DNA of 50,000 nucleotides from Chiloscyllium plagiosum (Eukaryota): assembly GCF_004010195.1 (NCBI RefSeq), contig NW_025214725.1, positions 1 through 50,000 on the forward strand. Reading direction: 5' to 3'. The notes beneath the pieces were generated by a model that was not told the DNA's origin, made no database searches, and saw only the letters and a list, made by a program, of their open reading frames with translations. The position numbers were made by a program, and so were the translations under genes. Shown one piece after another: positions 13,500 through 26,000 of the stretch; the stretch's first letter is position 1, and each line of letters starts with the position of its first letter.

Positions 13500-14000
13500 G
13501 TACATTGGAGTTGACAAAGGCACAGATAAACAAAGCCAAGAGAATTTTTTTTTAATTATACTTTAAACTTTGAGGCACTGAGGGAACCAGGAACTAATAT
13601 GAATGAGCAAAGTGCCTGGGTGACCTGATGCAGGATAGGATGTAGGTTGAAGAGTTTTCAAATAACCTAAACTTTATGGTCAATGATAAAAAGAACACCA
13701 TCCAGGAAAACACTGAGGTGACAGAATCTCAAAGTGATGAAAGTTGACATATGATTTTCAAAAGCAATGGGAAGAGGATGGTTAAGTAGTAGATAATAAT
13801 GAAGGAAATAGACTCTGGCAGTCTTTATAATGAAAAGCGTCTTGGATTGGACACTTAGCTGGAAGTCCAATTTGACACTGAAACTGAAAATAGTGTTCTT
13901 TAATCTAAGATAGAAGTCAGGGTTTAGAATAAGTGACCTGAATGTATGGTGAGTGCCAAAGATAATGGCTTTGAACTTGCCATTATTCAACTGGAAGAAG
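13500..14000 (-). mobile_element. Degenerate L2-like LINE fragment (probably continuous with ~12110-12315)
   Basis: Minus ORF 13667..13990 has decayed L2-like words (K.KAIIFG, LGV/VKLD.QLS, IIKTA, TFIT.R). Confidence 0.45.
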
Positions 14001-14220
14001 CTACCGTGGGCAAGAAACTCAATGGTGCCGCATCAATTTTGTAGCTAATAAGTAGACTCCTAAGCATCCAATTGGGTGGTCATTAAGCATATACTCTGCA
14101 TTTTGGAAATACATCACACAATATACCAGATGTCCAGAACTTTAGCCTGAAACATCTCCTTTGCATATGTTAATGCTTGTTTGAGGTGCACATTGTAATA
14201 CTGGGATGTCCTGAATATAG

Positions 14221-14398
14221 GGTAAAAGTGAGGACTGCAGATGTTGGAAACCAGAGTTTAGATCAGAGTGGTGCTGGAAAAGCACAGCAGGTCAGGCAGC
14301 ATCCAAGAAGCAGGAAAATTGATGTTTCGGGCAAAAGCCCTGATGAAGGGCTTTTGCTCGAAACGTCAATTTTCCTGCTCCTCGGATGCACCCCCCCC
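14221..14398. mobile_element. Penelope-like element with inverted terminal duplication
   Basis: 13-bp TSD GTCCTGAATATAG at 14208-14220 and 14399-14411. Internal inverted repeat 14299-14341 / 14347-14389. Hammerhead core at 14340-14367. Confidence 0.8.
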
Positions 14399-14436
14399 GT
14401 CCTGAATATAGCCAGAAAACTTATATCAGAGATTTT

Positions 14437-14812
14437 AATTGAATTTATTTTCACATATACCGAGGCACAGTGAAAAGCTTTGTCTTGTGAGCAATATAGG
14501 CAGATCACAGAGTTAAGTAGCATAGATAAGTAAATAATAGGTAAACAGTGACAAAAGCAAAAGCACAGTTAAGGCAAATGTTAAGAGATTGTGAGTCTAT
14601 TCATTATTCTAAAAACAGTAAAATAGAAACTGTTACAAAATCGGCTGGTGTGTGTGTTCAGGCTTCTGTACCTTCTCCCCAATGGTAGAGGTTGTAGAAA
14701 AGGATTGCCAGGGTGGGATGGATCTTTGAGAAGGCTAGCCGCCTTTCCTTGACAATGGTCCTGATAGATGGATTCTATAGATGGGAGGTTGGCCTTTGAG
14801 ATTGTCCGGGCC
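14437..14812 (-). mobile_element. LINE 3' end, Rex1/Babar-like
   Basis: TTTATT (minus-strand polyA signal)..CAGTGAAAAGCTTTGT..CAGGCTTCTGTACCTTCTCCCCAATGGTAGAGG. Family assigned from recalled similarity. Confidence 0.5.
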
Positions 14813-16559
14813 GAGATTAGGATAGATCCAGGTTTAATTGCTCGTCACTGCTGAGCGCGCAGGCCTTTAGCTAGGATCTTTGTGGGAATACCACAAGCCT
14901 TCTCAGTGTCCTAGGCCTGGAAAGGAAAGCATTAGACAAGGTTTCATAATTTTAAGTGTTCTTTAGTGCCCTGAAGGGCTTCAATGAGGACACCAACAAG
15001 GTTAACTATGCTTTTCTCCACAGTTAAATAGATTCACAGTCCAGACTCATAAATGAAATATGGCCATTTAGGTGTGGTGCCAGAGTACTACTGATGCTCA
15101 CAGAACTGTGTCCAGAATATATTTTATCCTTCTGAAAAGAGAGGAAACCTGTGGTGGTAAGTGCTGGTGGAAATGTATTTCTATAAATTCTGTCAAAGTG
15201 GTGAATTTTAGAAACAGTTATGCCACAAGGTTTAATTTGGCAGAACCGTACAAAATGACAATAGCAAGTACAATATTTGCATTCTGTATATTTACATAGA
15301 TAAGAGGCACAAAGGTGCAATTTGTCACTTCAGTTAACCATTTCTGCATTCAATCAAATATTGATTGAAATATCTCACATAAATTATAGCTAACCACTTC
15401 ATCTTGGGAGGTTTGAGGGAGTGGGAAACTGTTGCTAAGAAGCTGGGACTAATTAACTAGCTACAGACTTGCCTTCAACAACTGAGTGGCATGGAGTGAG
15501 ATCAACAAAGAGCTTCCCAAATGCTACTGTTTTTCACCTCTATTTGTAAATCTATGCCTGCCTTATGACCCTTCCTGTCTATATGAACTGACACCAATCT
15601 TACATTGACCCAGATGGGCCCAGAAACAGCTTTTAAAAGCAATACCAGTGCTTTCATTGCCGACAAGGATTTTGATCACTTTTGTATTTCAACTGGGACT
15701 CCTAACATTCATAAAATGTGAATCAACAAACACACTTTGTTTTCAGTGTCAGTGAGAATTTACTTTTTAAATACCAAGTAAAATTTAGGTTAATTTGTTT
15801 TGTAAAAAGAACTCTTATGTTATCTTCTCAAGTCTGCTGAACTGAAGAGTGCACATTTTCAACATGTTCTCACAGATTGTTTTTATAAATTTGTATCAAA
15901 TACAGTGACATGCCTCACAGATTGTATTGTACTGTTTACAATAATCTGCTGCATATATGCAAAGTGGGCAATTGCCAAAAAAAGGTACTTTGTAATATAG
16001 ATTTCTTAAAGGAAAAGACCATTTGAAGCAAAATTCCTTCAGATTGCCCTAAATTAATGGTACTGAATAAAATTATCCAGATTAACGCTGTCGTTATTTG
16101 GATTATTGGCAGCTTTGGTACAAAACTGAAATAAATAGGGGCTTCACACATTAGGGATCACATTTTACTGAATTGGATTTGGGCTGTGGCTGCTGCAGTC
16201 AACAATCATTTCATTTGGATTCCAAATTGGCTTCTGATCTTAGGTTTTCTACCAACCCCTGGAAGTTAAAAGAATTTTGCAAATGTTCATCCCAGTCGCA
16301 AAGCACATAATGCAGAACAACATGTCAATCGAAAAACTATAACAAAGGCTGAATAAAGGGGTCATAATTGATTCAGCAGATGAATAGAAAAGTGGATAAT
16401 TGCAAAATAAATTTATAAAGTGCCACTGCAAACTGCATGGCTTCATTGGCAGAGGGAAAATGAACAAGGAAAATGGACAAATCCTTATAGAACCTAATGG
16501 GTTCAGTGAGCAAAAGCAGTAAGTAAAACTAACAAAAATACCAAGAGACCTAGTACACA

Positions 16560-17075
16560 TATTTCACAAGAAGACAATAAATTGGCTCAAGGCACTAGTT
16601 TGGCTGCCATGAAGATATTATATAATGCTGCTCATTGTACCACGGCAAGGATATCTATGCATCAGGAGTGATCGTGAAATGGAAAACCCAACTGTTAACT
16701 AGCTTTGACATTTGAATTGTAAGAAGAAATGGAATACCCTGGGATGACTTATTTTGAAGAACAGAAGGCTCAAATAAGTTATTCAATAGTGTTTAAGGGA
16801 TAGTTAATGTGAAGATTAATATTATGTTTGACATTGCTACAAATGCTAGACCCAGGGAACATAAGCTCAGGTTTAGAAGATGAAATTTGAAAAGAGCTTA
16901 GAACATTATCTTTTACACAGCAAGTGAGGAACATGTGAAGTGGACTATGGAATAGAGGAAGATTGTGTGAGAATATATAAGAAGGAATGTGATGAATATT
17001 TGAGAGTGATTAATTATGTGGTATTAGTATTTAGGATCAGTCAGATGATGTGCAGAGCTTTTGTATGTTTCTATG
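16560..17075 (+). mobile_element. Highly degenerate CR1-like fragment
   Basis: GACCCAGGGAACATAAGCTC..TTTTACACAGCAAGTG and a TATGTTTCTATG-type tail. Confidence 0.45.
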
Positions 17076-17184
17076 AATGGAAGCATCACTATCAGTATTC
17101 ATTTTAAAAATAAATAACTCAAAAGAATGTGCTTAATGACACTCATACTAAAAGCAAAGGTCATTCAGGAATGAATTATTTTAT

Positions 17185-17307
17185 ACTTTGTCTTGCTGGA
17201 AATAGTGTTTCTTTTTCCTGAAGAATACTGTCTAATGCAATATGTTTGTTCACCACCATCACTACTCTCCAAACTCTCAGAAAACAAAAGCATTTGCAAT
17301 ATGCATC
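17185..17307 (+). repeat. Direct repeat copy 1 (123 bp)
   Basis: Near-identical to 18184-18306 (4 mismatches counted by eye). Confidence 0.95.
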
Positions 17308-18183
17308 TCATTTTGTCTTTTCTTTTAAAATGTGTTGTACATACATTAGATATCTTAATAATAATTTTAAAAACCAATATCACCTAAATATCAGACTTCT
17401 TTTTAATAAAACACTTCAATATGTTTGTTTTGCTATTTTTTCTCCTCTCCTAAACGTCTTGATGGGAACAGTTCCTCATACACTCCCAGCCCTGCAGTAT
17501 CTCCCTTAAGTGATCATTATTCTTATACATGTCTTGGCAGTGTCAGAAACCATGCGGCCACAAGGAACATCAATCAACTCAAGCCCTGCCCTCACCTGAT
17601 GAACACTCATGGCCACTCTATAGTGGATGTTATGAACTTTGGCTGATTTTCCATTCTTTTAGCCAGGAGCACTAAAACCAATTACAATTGCCACCTTAGC
17701 TGAGATCATTTAATCGGCATTAATCAAATCTGTAACCTTCCCTGTCTGTATGATCTAACTAGTAATGGGGTAGACTTGAAAATGATTAGAGGAATTCATT
17801 CTAACACTTGCAAAAGTATATGTGGAAATTGAAACATTGCAGAAATGCCATTTTATGACTGTACCTTTGCTGATGTTAAATCAAGTCCTTCATCCTGTCA
17901 GATCAATAAACCTCTCGACAAGAGTTTCCACAATTAGGTCATCGGTCTACCATCTAAATGAAAAATAATGCACAAGTACAGCAACAGAACCCGTCTGAAA
18001 ACATATTTTAAGTGAATCACTAGTCTCTTTAGTCATTAGATTTTTAAACCGGGGCGAGCACTAAGTTAAATAAAGATCATTAGAATTATGCTCAAGGGAA
18101 ATCAGACTACTTTCTACTCATGGGATGACACCCAACGTTTGTTTCTGCATTTACTGAATCTTGCACAATTTATCATTTTATAA

Positions 18184-18306
18184 ACTTTGTCCTGCTGGAA
18201 ATAGTGTTTCTTTTTCCTGAAGAATACTGTCTATTGCAATATGTTTGTTCCACACCATCACTACTCTCCAAACTCTCAGAAAACAAAAGCATTTGCAATA
18301 TGCATC
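18184..18306 (+). repeat. Direct repeat copy 2 (123 bp)
   Basis: Near-identical to 17185-17307; offset 999 bp. Confidence 0.95.
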
Positions 18307-20009
18307 AAAAGGCAAATTCATTTTAAAGAGTTGCATACAGAGAGCATTTACTCCAAGTGAAAAGAAGCAATTTGAACCTGGTAAGCGAGTGAGGCAAGTG
18401 CTTGACTCCATTTCTACCACTTTATGTCTATTCTGGGTATTCTTTACTCTTATTATGTTGCAACGTTAAGAAAAATGATTTATCAAATTTTTGTATGAAA
18501 AAAAAGTGACTTCTGGCCCCAGTACTGGATAAACTTTTGGCAGTGAGCACAGAACTTCCCTCAGACAGGAATGGAAGAGATTTTGCTGTGAAATTCCATG
18601 AACTCGGTTTACATTTCGACAGAATCCCCCTTAACCAGGTCATTTTGTTCAAACAATTTATAACTCCAGTCGTTTATAACGAAGCAGCTTGTGCTACCTT
18701 TAACCATTGATGTTGGAATAATTACAGGAGTTAAAAAGAGACATCTCGGGAATCAAGACTTTTCTAGATCTCTCGGGAGATCACTTACATTTCGTTACAG
18801 AAACCACAACATCTTATAAGTTGTACATGCTTAGGAAAAGACCTCAGCGCCCCTCCTATTCCTGCGATAATGAAGGACGGGCTTCGATGAATTATCAATG
18901 CGATTTATTATCACCCTCTGTCTGGTGATTGAAAACTTAATTAACCAAGCAGGAGTTAGCGACATGTCAGAACCGCTTGGGGCTGTGACGGAGCCAATGG
19001 TAGCATTGCGGAGGCTGAGCTTTTTTGGACTAACGGTGAGAAGCAGATATTCGGACAAGTACAACTGGTGCATAAAAGTAGGGGGAAAGCGCACAGACAC
19101 AGTGGCGCGGATAAACGCACATAAGCACTTACAAACATAAGGCATTTAGCAACCACACCCCATAAACCCAAATCTATGCGCTGCCTCATCCTAACAACCT
19201 CACGAAATCCATCTTTGTGGGTCGTGGTTAAGTTAAAACCAGGTATTCTTTTATTTCCCACGAGAACTTCATCAACTTAACGCGTTAACCCTTTGGCCGC
19301 CAGTGCGTTTCACCCCATCGAAAGCATTCACTCTCCCCCCCCCCTCAATTTTAAGATCGGTTACTTGGGGTTAGAGGGTCAGAACAGTGGTTTGAATAAT
19401 CTGAAGAGTTTGCTGTTTCAAGCTTTATCCTCAAAGGTCGAGGTAATTAAATGGCAAATCACAAGACACTGGAAGAGAAAAATCTACAGGGACCATTCCT
19501 AAAAAGACGAAAGGACATGATGCTCCCGTGTCTTGTTTGAAAAAAAAACAGAAGTTCCCACGGTAGAAGCCCATAAAAGTTTTGGGGTTGTTTCGAGTGA
19601 CACATTCTGTAGGGTCAGTGACGAGCTGAAAAGTTAGGGATTTCAGGATTCGGACGGAGTTGGCCAAACAAAAAGACGCGAGCTGCCAAACTTTCGGCTA
19701 AATAATAAATGTCATTGAAATAAACATGACGGTGTATGTGCGTTTGGGGTGGGGGGTGAGGTGGAGGGGTGATGTGAAAAATAACAAGAATCAAGCCCAG
19801 GACTGATCCGAACGGCAGCCTCATCTGGGGAACATAGCGATACATCCAGCTCTCCCGCTGCCTAGCCTGTGTGTATTGAATAGGAGTTGGAAAGGGCTGG
19901 AGTTTTTTGCCTTGAGTCATTGAGCAGCGCGGGGCTGTGTGATCAGGACATTCAGATACATGTAACCCTGTAAGAATGCCATTTCAGGATTACGTCGAGC
20001 GAGGGAGAG

Positions 20010-20502
20010 AGGCAACTGCATTTCCACTGGCCACCAGCCTTCCCCTTGCCCCGTCCTCTCTGCTGATGGCTGTGAATTGAAAAGGTAATTTAATCCAGAT
20101 TCGGACTGGACACTCAGAGGGAGAGAGAGGGAGAAAAATGTTTGAAAACGTCACATCTACCGATGATCACGTTTACGGATCTTCAATTATCCCTTACCAC
20201 GAAGATAGGTGGCGTGCGTTTCTGGGGCCGCACTTCAGGGACTCTCTTTATAGAAAAATGTCATTCCAACAAGCGGAACACGTCAGTCCGTCCACAGGTT
20301 GTGTTTCCTGGTGTGAGAGACAACGGAGCGATCAGTTCTAACCTGCACAGCAGGAATAACGGTCCTTCCTCAAGTCTTTAAAGGTTTCTTTTTTTCCCCT
20401 TTCCGTTTAAACAAAAATCTCGCCTTGATCTTCATGTTCCTTCATCTGCACGCTGTCGACCTCCCAACAGTCTTACCAAACAACAGAGCCAGGACAGAGC
20501 AG
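20010..20502 (+). other. ZEB2: ZEB2 non-coding exon 1 (5'UTR); start approximate
   Basis: Blocks such as CTTCAATTATCCCT, AAGATAGGTGGCG, AAAAATGTCATT, ACACGTCAGTCCGTCC, GTGTTTCCTGG, GATCAGTTCTAACCTGC and CAGGAATAACGGTCCT occur in the order I recall from the human ZEB2 mRNA leader. The exon ends at the donor GCAG|gtattt (GT at 20503). Confidence 0.8.
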
Positions 20503-22759
20503 GTATTTTAAACATTTATCTATCTGTCTGTATTTACAGATTTAGATTTTGTGCGCAGGTATTGTTGTGCGAGTGGAAATGAACTTTAGAGAATCTTTTT
20601 TTCAGGAGACCCCTCTCCGATCCTGCCTGCATTTTAGGCGCAAAACTTTGTTCAAGTACCTGACATCCAGGTGTTAGAAAAAAAGGTGCTGAAGGGGGCA
20701 AAATGAGGCATGTCCGTCAGCTGCTGTGAATCCTTGCGCTAAAACGTCAGTTTTATTTTTAATTTTCCCCCAGCACGCGTGTGTTTCTCGTTTTGTGATT
20801 TTCATGTTGTTATTTTTAGTGAGCACTGGGTTATTCAAAGGAACCGTTACCTGCTGCGACAGTGACTTACAATGTGCCTCCCCCCTCGTTGCAATTCCAA
20901 TGTAAAGGCGGAAATTTCGAGGGATTTGACAAGATCGATAGATTTTTCTCAATTCTGGAAGACTGGTTTAAGAACAGGAGGCACGTTTTGTAAATACACA
21001 ACCGAGTGAAACAGTCCGGGTCCCCAGTTCGCTGTGAATGCATTTGTTGCCAAAACTTTGAATCGTATTTTGAACTAAGTGGTGCTTCCACTTTTTTAAA
21101 AAAAAAATGTCTTGGGCTGTCAGCTTTAAGGAAAGGAAAACAGCAAACTTCTGGGATGGGGGGGGTGAGGGAAGGTGGTGGCGGCTAACAAAATTCAGTC
21201 CGGACTGCAAAAGAAAAGTGAAAGGTGGGGTTCGTGTTGGAGGCGACTTTGAGACTGAAGTCTGTTCTGCTCAGAATTCAGGGGAGCGGGTGATATTTCT
21301 TGTTTGCTTCATTGTGTAGGAGCAGCCGTAATTGTTTATTTCCCCCTTTCACTCAAATAAGTAAAAAAGAAAGTGCAGTTGTGTGTGGCACACTGATGGC
21401 ATTTTTCACTATGACATGCTTGGTCGCTTGTGTGACTTTATTACATAAGCTTAGTCAGATTGGCCATTTTTCGAGTGATCTTATGCTCTTTGTTGCTGTG
21501 TGCGTTTTCTGTTTAAATTATGTGGATTGCGGTCGGACTTTGATACCTACAAGGAACAGGAGTAAATATCTGCACATTGAACGTACAGTTGGTGTGCGCT
21601 GGCCGCTTGTTTGATGCGAAGCTTTTTTTTTGGACCCGCGCCTGGACTGCCCCCCCACTCCCCCGCCCCCCATTTTTCGTTTCGGTTTGAATTCACAACA
21701 AAACGTTTATAAAATGATCATTTCCTGCCCTGGTTCGCCTGGCGTAAATCAGTTGTGTGTGTGTCCTTTCTAATTCTTTTTTGAAAAAAAAAGGGACATC
21801 TGTAAATTTGGGGGAATTACCACAGTCATGTCATATTACAGTTACACTCCGTCTACACGAGCCGGAATCACCTTTAATCATCGCGGGCGTTTGATGCTTT
21901 GCGTTTTGTGTGTGTGTGTGTGTGGAGTGAGGATTTGTAATAGTTGTGTGTGTTTTTTTTAAAGGGGGAGTGTTGAAAAAGTAAATAAAAAGAGGTAAAA
22001 GTGTAAATTCCAGAGAGGGCGGAAATGAATAGATTGACACCGAGTCTGATCTCAGCCGGCACCGTTAGTTTGCCTTCAACACCTTAGTTGCAGACGTTGC
22101 TGTAGTTTAACGATCGCACGTTTCCTACAGTCAGGAGGAATAAAAATCAAACATTTTTTCCCCCTCTGGAAGTCCTGCGAAGCAATTCAATGCCGGTCCT
22201 CACGCCCAACGAACGGTACCATCGAGCGCCTTGCTTACCGACTCTTCCCCCATCTCGTAAGTCAGCGTCCCCCCTTCTCACCATCAAACAAAAGAGTAAA
22301 AAAGTCAACAAGAAAACAAGCCCCTGGAGGTTGGAGTGGTTGGGAGGGGAAGGGGGGAGCGAGAGGAGGAAACAATCGCCTTGTTTTGTCTCTTTTTTTA
22401 AAAAAAACACGAAATAGAAACAGATAACAGTGGTCTGAGCCTCAGCTGTCTTCACGAACAGTCTGAGGCACTCCACTCCAGTGCAGTTGGCCCCCAGTTG
22501 GTGAAGGTTTTCGGGGATAAAGTCAGGGCTGAGAGTGAACGGTGTGCGTGTGTAGCAGAGAGAGAGGTGCCCGCTTGTGGGATCACTGGAGTCCAAGTCC
22601 GCACAGAGCGCTGGTGGCCGGGCTCTGCCTTATTTCGCGGGCAGTATTTAAATGAGTACCGTAAAACACATTGTTGGCGTGTATGTTTTGTAAACGCTCC
22701 CTCTTTTTTTTCTCCTTCCCTTTCTCTCTCTCTCTCTGTCTCTATCTCCCCCTCCGAAG
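20503..22759 (+). other. ZEB2: ZEB2 intron 1 (5'UTR intron, ~2.26 kb)
   Basis: GT...AG boundaries between the inferred exons 1 and 2. The size is similar to the ~2.5 kb retainable 5'UTR intron of mammalian ZEB2. Confidence 0.72.
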
Positions 22760-23007
<248 letters not shown>

Positions 23008-26000
23008 TAATGTTGATTGACTTTGAAAAGACACCCCCACTCCTAGCTCCACCACACACCCCAGTGAAAGTGGTGTATGTGTGTTGTGTGAAAGTTACTC
23101 CCGTCCCCTCTCTCTTTCTCCTTAATACTTGACTCGCCTACGGGAGGAAACCGTTATGTGCCTCTTTTGTTTGTTTTCCAAGCGATCGCTTATTTAGCTA
23201 AACTCTTTTCGATCAAAAAAAAGGACGTGTCAGACTTTGGCAACACTTCAGTCTAACAGAACACACCTTACATACATATGTTTGTTAAATGTTTTCGTAC
23301 TTGCTGTCCAAGCTTTCTCTCTCTCTCCCCCGTCTCAGAGATGACTGCAACTTTTCTTTCAAAAATTATAACCCTCAAGGAGAGAAAATGACCGTCAGGC
23401 GAATTTTTTTTTAAAATGAGGAAATCTCTCACGTTTCTTTAGATTTTGTTTTGATGTGTCTGTGTGTGGTGCGGGGAAAGGGAGGGGAGGGGTGATACCG
23501 GGAGCGGAATAAAACGTTTCCCTTCTTGATACCTCGTCGTTTTGTGTGTGTGTGTGCGTTTGTCGCCCTTCACATTATTTAAAGCCTGTGTGTTTCGGGA
23601 TCAGGCTTTGTTGATGCGTTTATTCATGTTTTCACCTCGCACGAGCTCAAATGTTATGCCGCCAGCTCGACATTTTGTGTGAACATTCATTTCATCTTGT
23701 GCTCCGTACTCTTCCCCCCCGCCAAAGAAAAATCCACCCCTATCTTGATATGTTTGACTGGATCAGTAAATAAAGTGCCCTTTAACAATAGCAGAATAAA
23801 AAAGGCGAGCAATCGCGAGTTTCTATTTAAAGTACAGTCCACACCGACTGGACGAGAAGACTGTGTGTGTGTGTGAATGCTACCTTGCCCCTTGATACAG
23901 TCTGCTCTTTCCTCCTTTAGCAGATTAAACTTATTGATTTTCTCCTTTTTTGTGTTATAATATCAATGCTTGCGTGTGAGTCTTTTCTCTCTCTCGCTCT
24001 CTGTCTCTCCCTTTCTAAGTATTCCAAAAGCACGCTGCTGCTGTCAATAGTGGTTTTCCCCTTCTTTCTGCTGTTGTATGTACATGTGTTCGTGTGTGTT
24101 CATAAAACATGGGAACATGAGATTACAAACCAATGTTAGGGGAGACAAATAAGGTAGGGTTGCTTTTTATACCAACGTGCTTTGAAGATCACTGGCTGGA
24201 TCTCTAACGTGACTTCCAAGTTTTCTGGAGTATCTTGTTTTCTGGATATTTTTAACGGGATGATTTACTTTAACACTTTAATGCGCATCCTCCTTTTTTC
24301 TACCCCACACCCCTCCGTTCTGGTAGTTAGATGGGGGTTGCAGGTAAAAACGCTTTTCATTTTCTCCCGTGACATGCACACATCCAAATGTCTTTCCCCC
24401 GGGGAATAGCCTGCATTTATCATCGCTGACTGCAGGAGAAGATTTTTTTTAAAAAAAACTCTCTCTACCACCCCCACCCCCAAACCACCACCGCCGCCTT
24501 CTCTTGGAGTCATGGAAAAGATGTCAGCTCCTTGCTTGTGCATCCGCTGATAGCAATATTTGAAGATGTTATCAGGGCGATATGCATTGCAGGAAAGAAG
24601 TGAGGGAGGGGGGGTGTGGAGAGAAGAGAAGGAGGAGATGCTGGGCTGCGAGTGTGCGGCCAGGCAGGAGGGGAGTGAAAAAAATACCGAGAGCAAAAAA
24701 AATCGAACAAAAGGCAGTGTCAGTTTCAGTCACAACGCAAGTCAGATGATTACTGACTCATCTGTAACTTTGAAACACTTTTACTTTAAGTGTTTTGTTT
24801 CAGGACTCGGGAGACCCGCGCTTACTTAATAATTTATACTTTGGGTAACTTTGATTTCCAGTTAGATCAAAGGAAATCAAATTTCTTTTTAGCAAGTGGA
24901 ATTGATGTGCATGTAGCAATTTCACAACTGGCAGTCGATCGCCGTTGTTCAGGGTGTATTTACTCGAGTGGAGAGGGTGACAAAACTGTCCTTGTTGTTT
25001 TGGTTAACCCTTTGGTAACTAATGTTTTGTTAGGGTCTCCCATCCCCCCACACCACCCCACACCCTCTCACCCCCGCGCCCCTTACATACCTCGTCACCT
25101 TAACTCACACCACACACGCACACACAGGTCCCGTTTGTGACACTCCCTGGGAATGCTAGCGTTCTGTTGAGAGAGAGCGAGAGAGCCCTTTTGTTAATTG
25201 CAGAAATAATGTCCGCGATGTTTAATGATGAGGTTGACCCGCCTGTTCCACCACCCGCAGTAAGCCTTCTGGTCATTGTATTTTTAAAATTTATTTTCTT
25301 ATTGGTGACCCATCCGGCGATCTGGTCACTTCTGCTAAAACAACATGCCTTGAACTGCTAAAAGTTTGGTCAGGATCAGTGAGAAATTAACCAACTTCTC
25401 GAGAACTGTTTGAAAAGAAAAGTTTGGACGTTGTTTCGAAGTGGGTTTCAGCTGCGAGAGATTGTACAAAATTGAGAAAACCTATTTAAATAAAGCCAGC
25501 CAACATTTTTAACATTTCAAATCTGCCGAATCTGGGACAGTCTGATTGTTAGATATCCGTCAAGCCTGTTCTTGCCTTTGAAGAGAGAGAGAGAGAGGGG
25601 GAAAAAAAAACTATCATGGGATTAACTGTTGTGGGCCGACACTGCTGTTTCTGTTGAGCGACGCTGAACAGTGAGCCTATCATCATGGTCGGCTGACCCA
25701 GTGTATGTCTCAGTTCAGGTTTCGTGAATCCGCCCAGCTGCAGCAAAAGAAATGCTTTAAGTTCTAAAATAACAGGAGGAAGAAGGAGGGTGAAATAGAA
25801 GGAGAGAAAGTCTCTCCAGACAACAAGAAAATAAACGTCACTGGTGGAGCCTTGTAAACCTTCAATAACGTCCAAACACTGTTGCAATACTTTCATCAGG
25901 TGTTGCAAGTAACAGCTAACTGTAAAAGCTACACTTGGTTGCCATTTGCAACCAGCCTGCTGACCAAATGTGAGGTGATTGGTCTTGATAGTAAATATTA

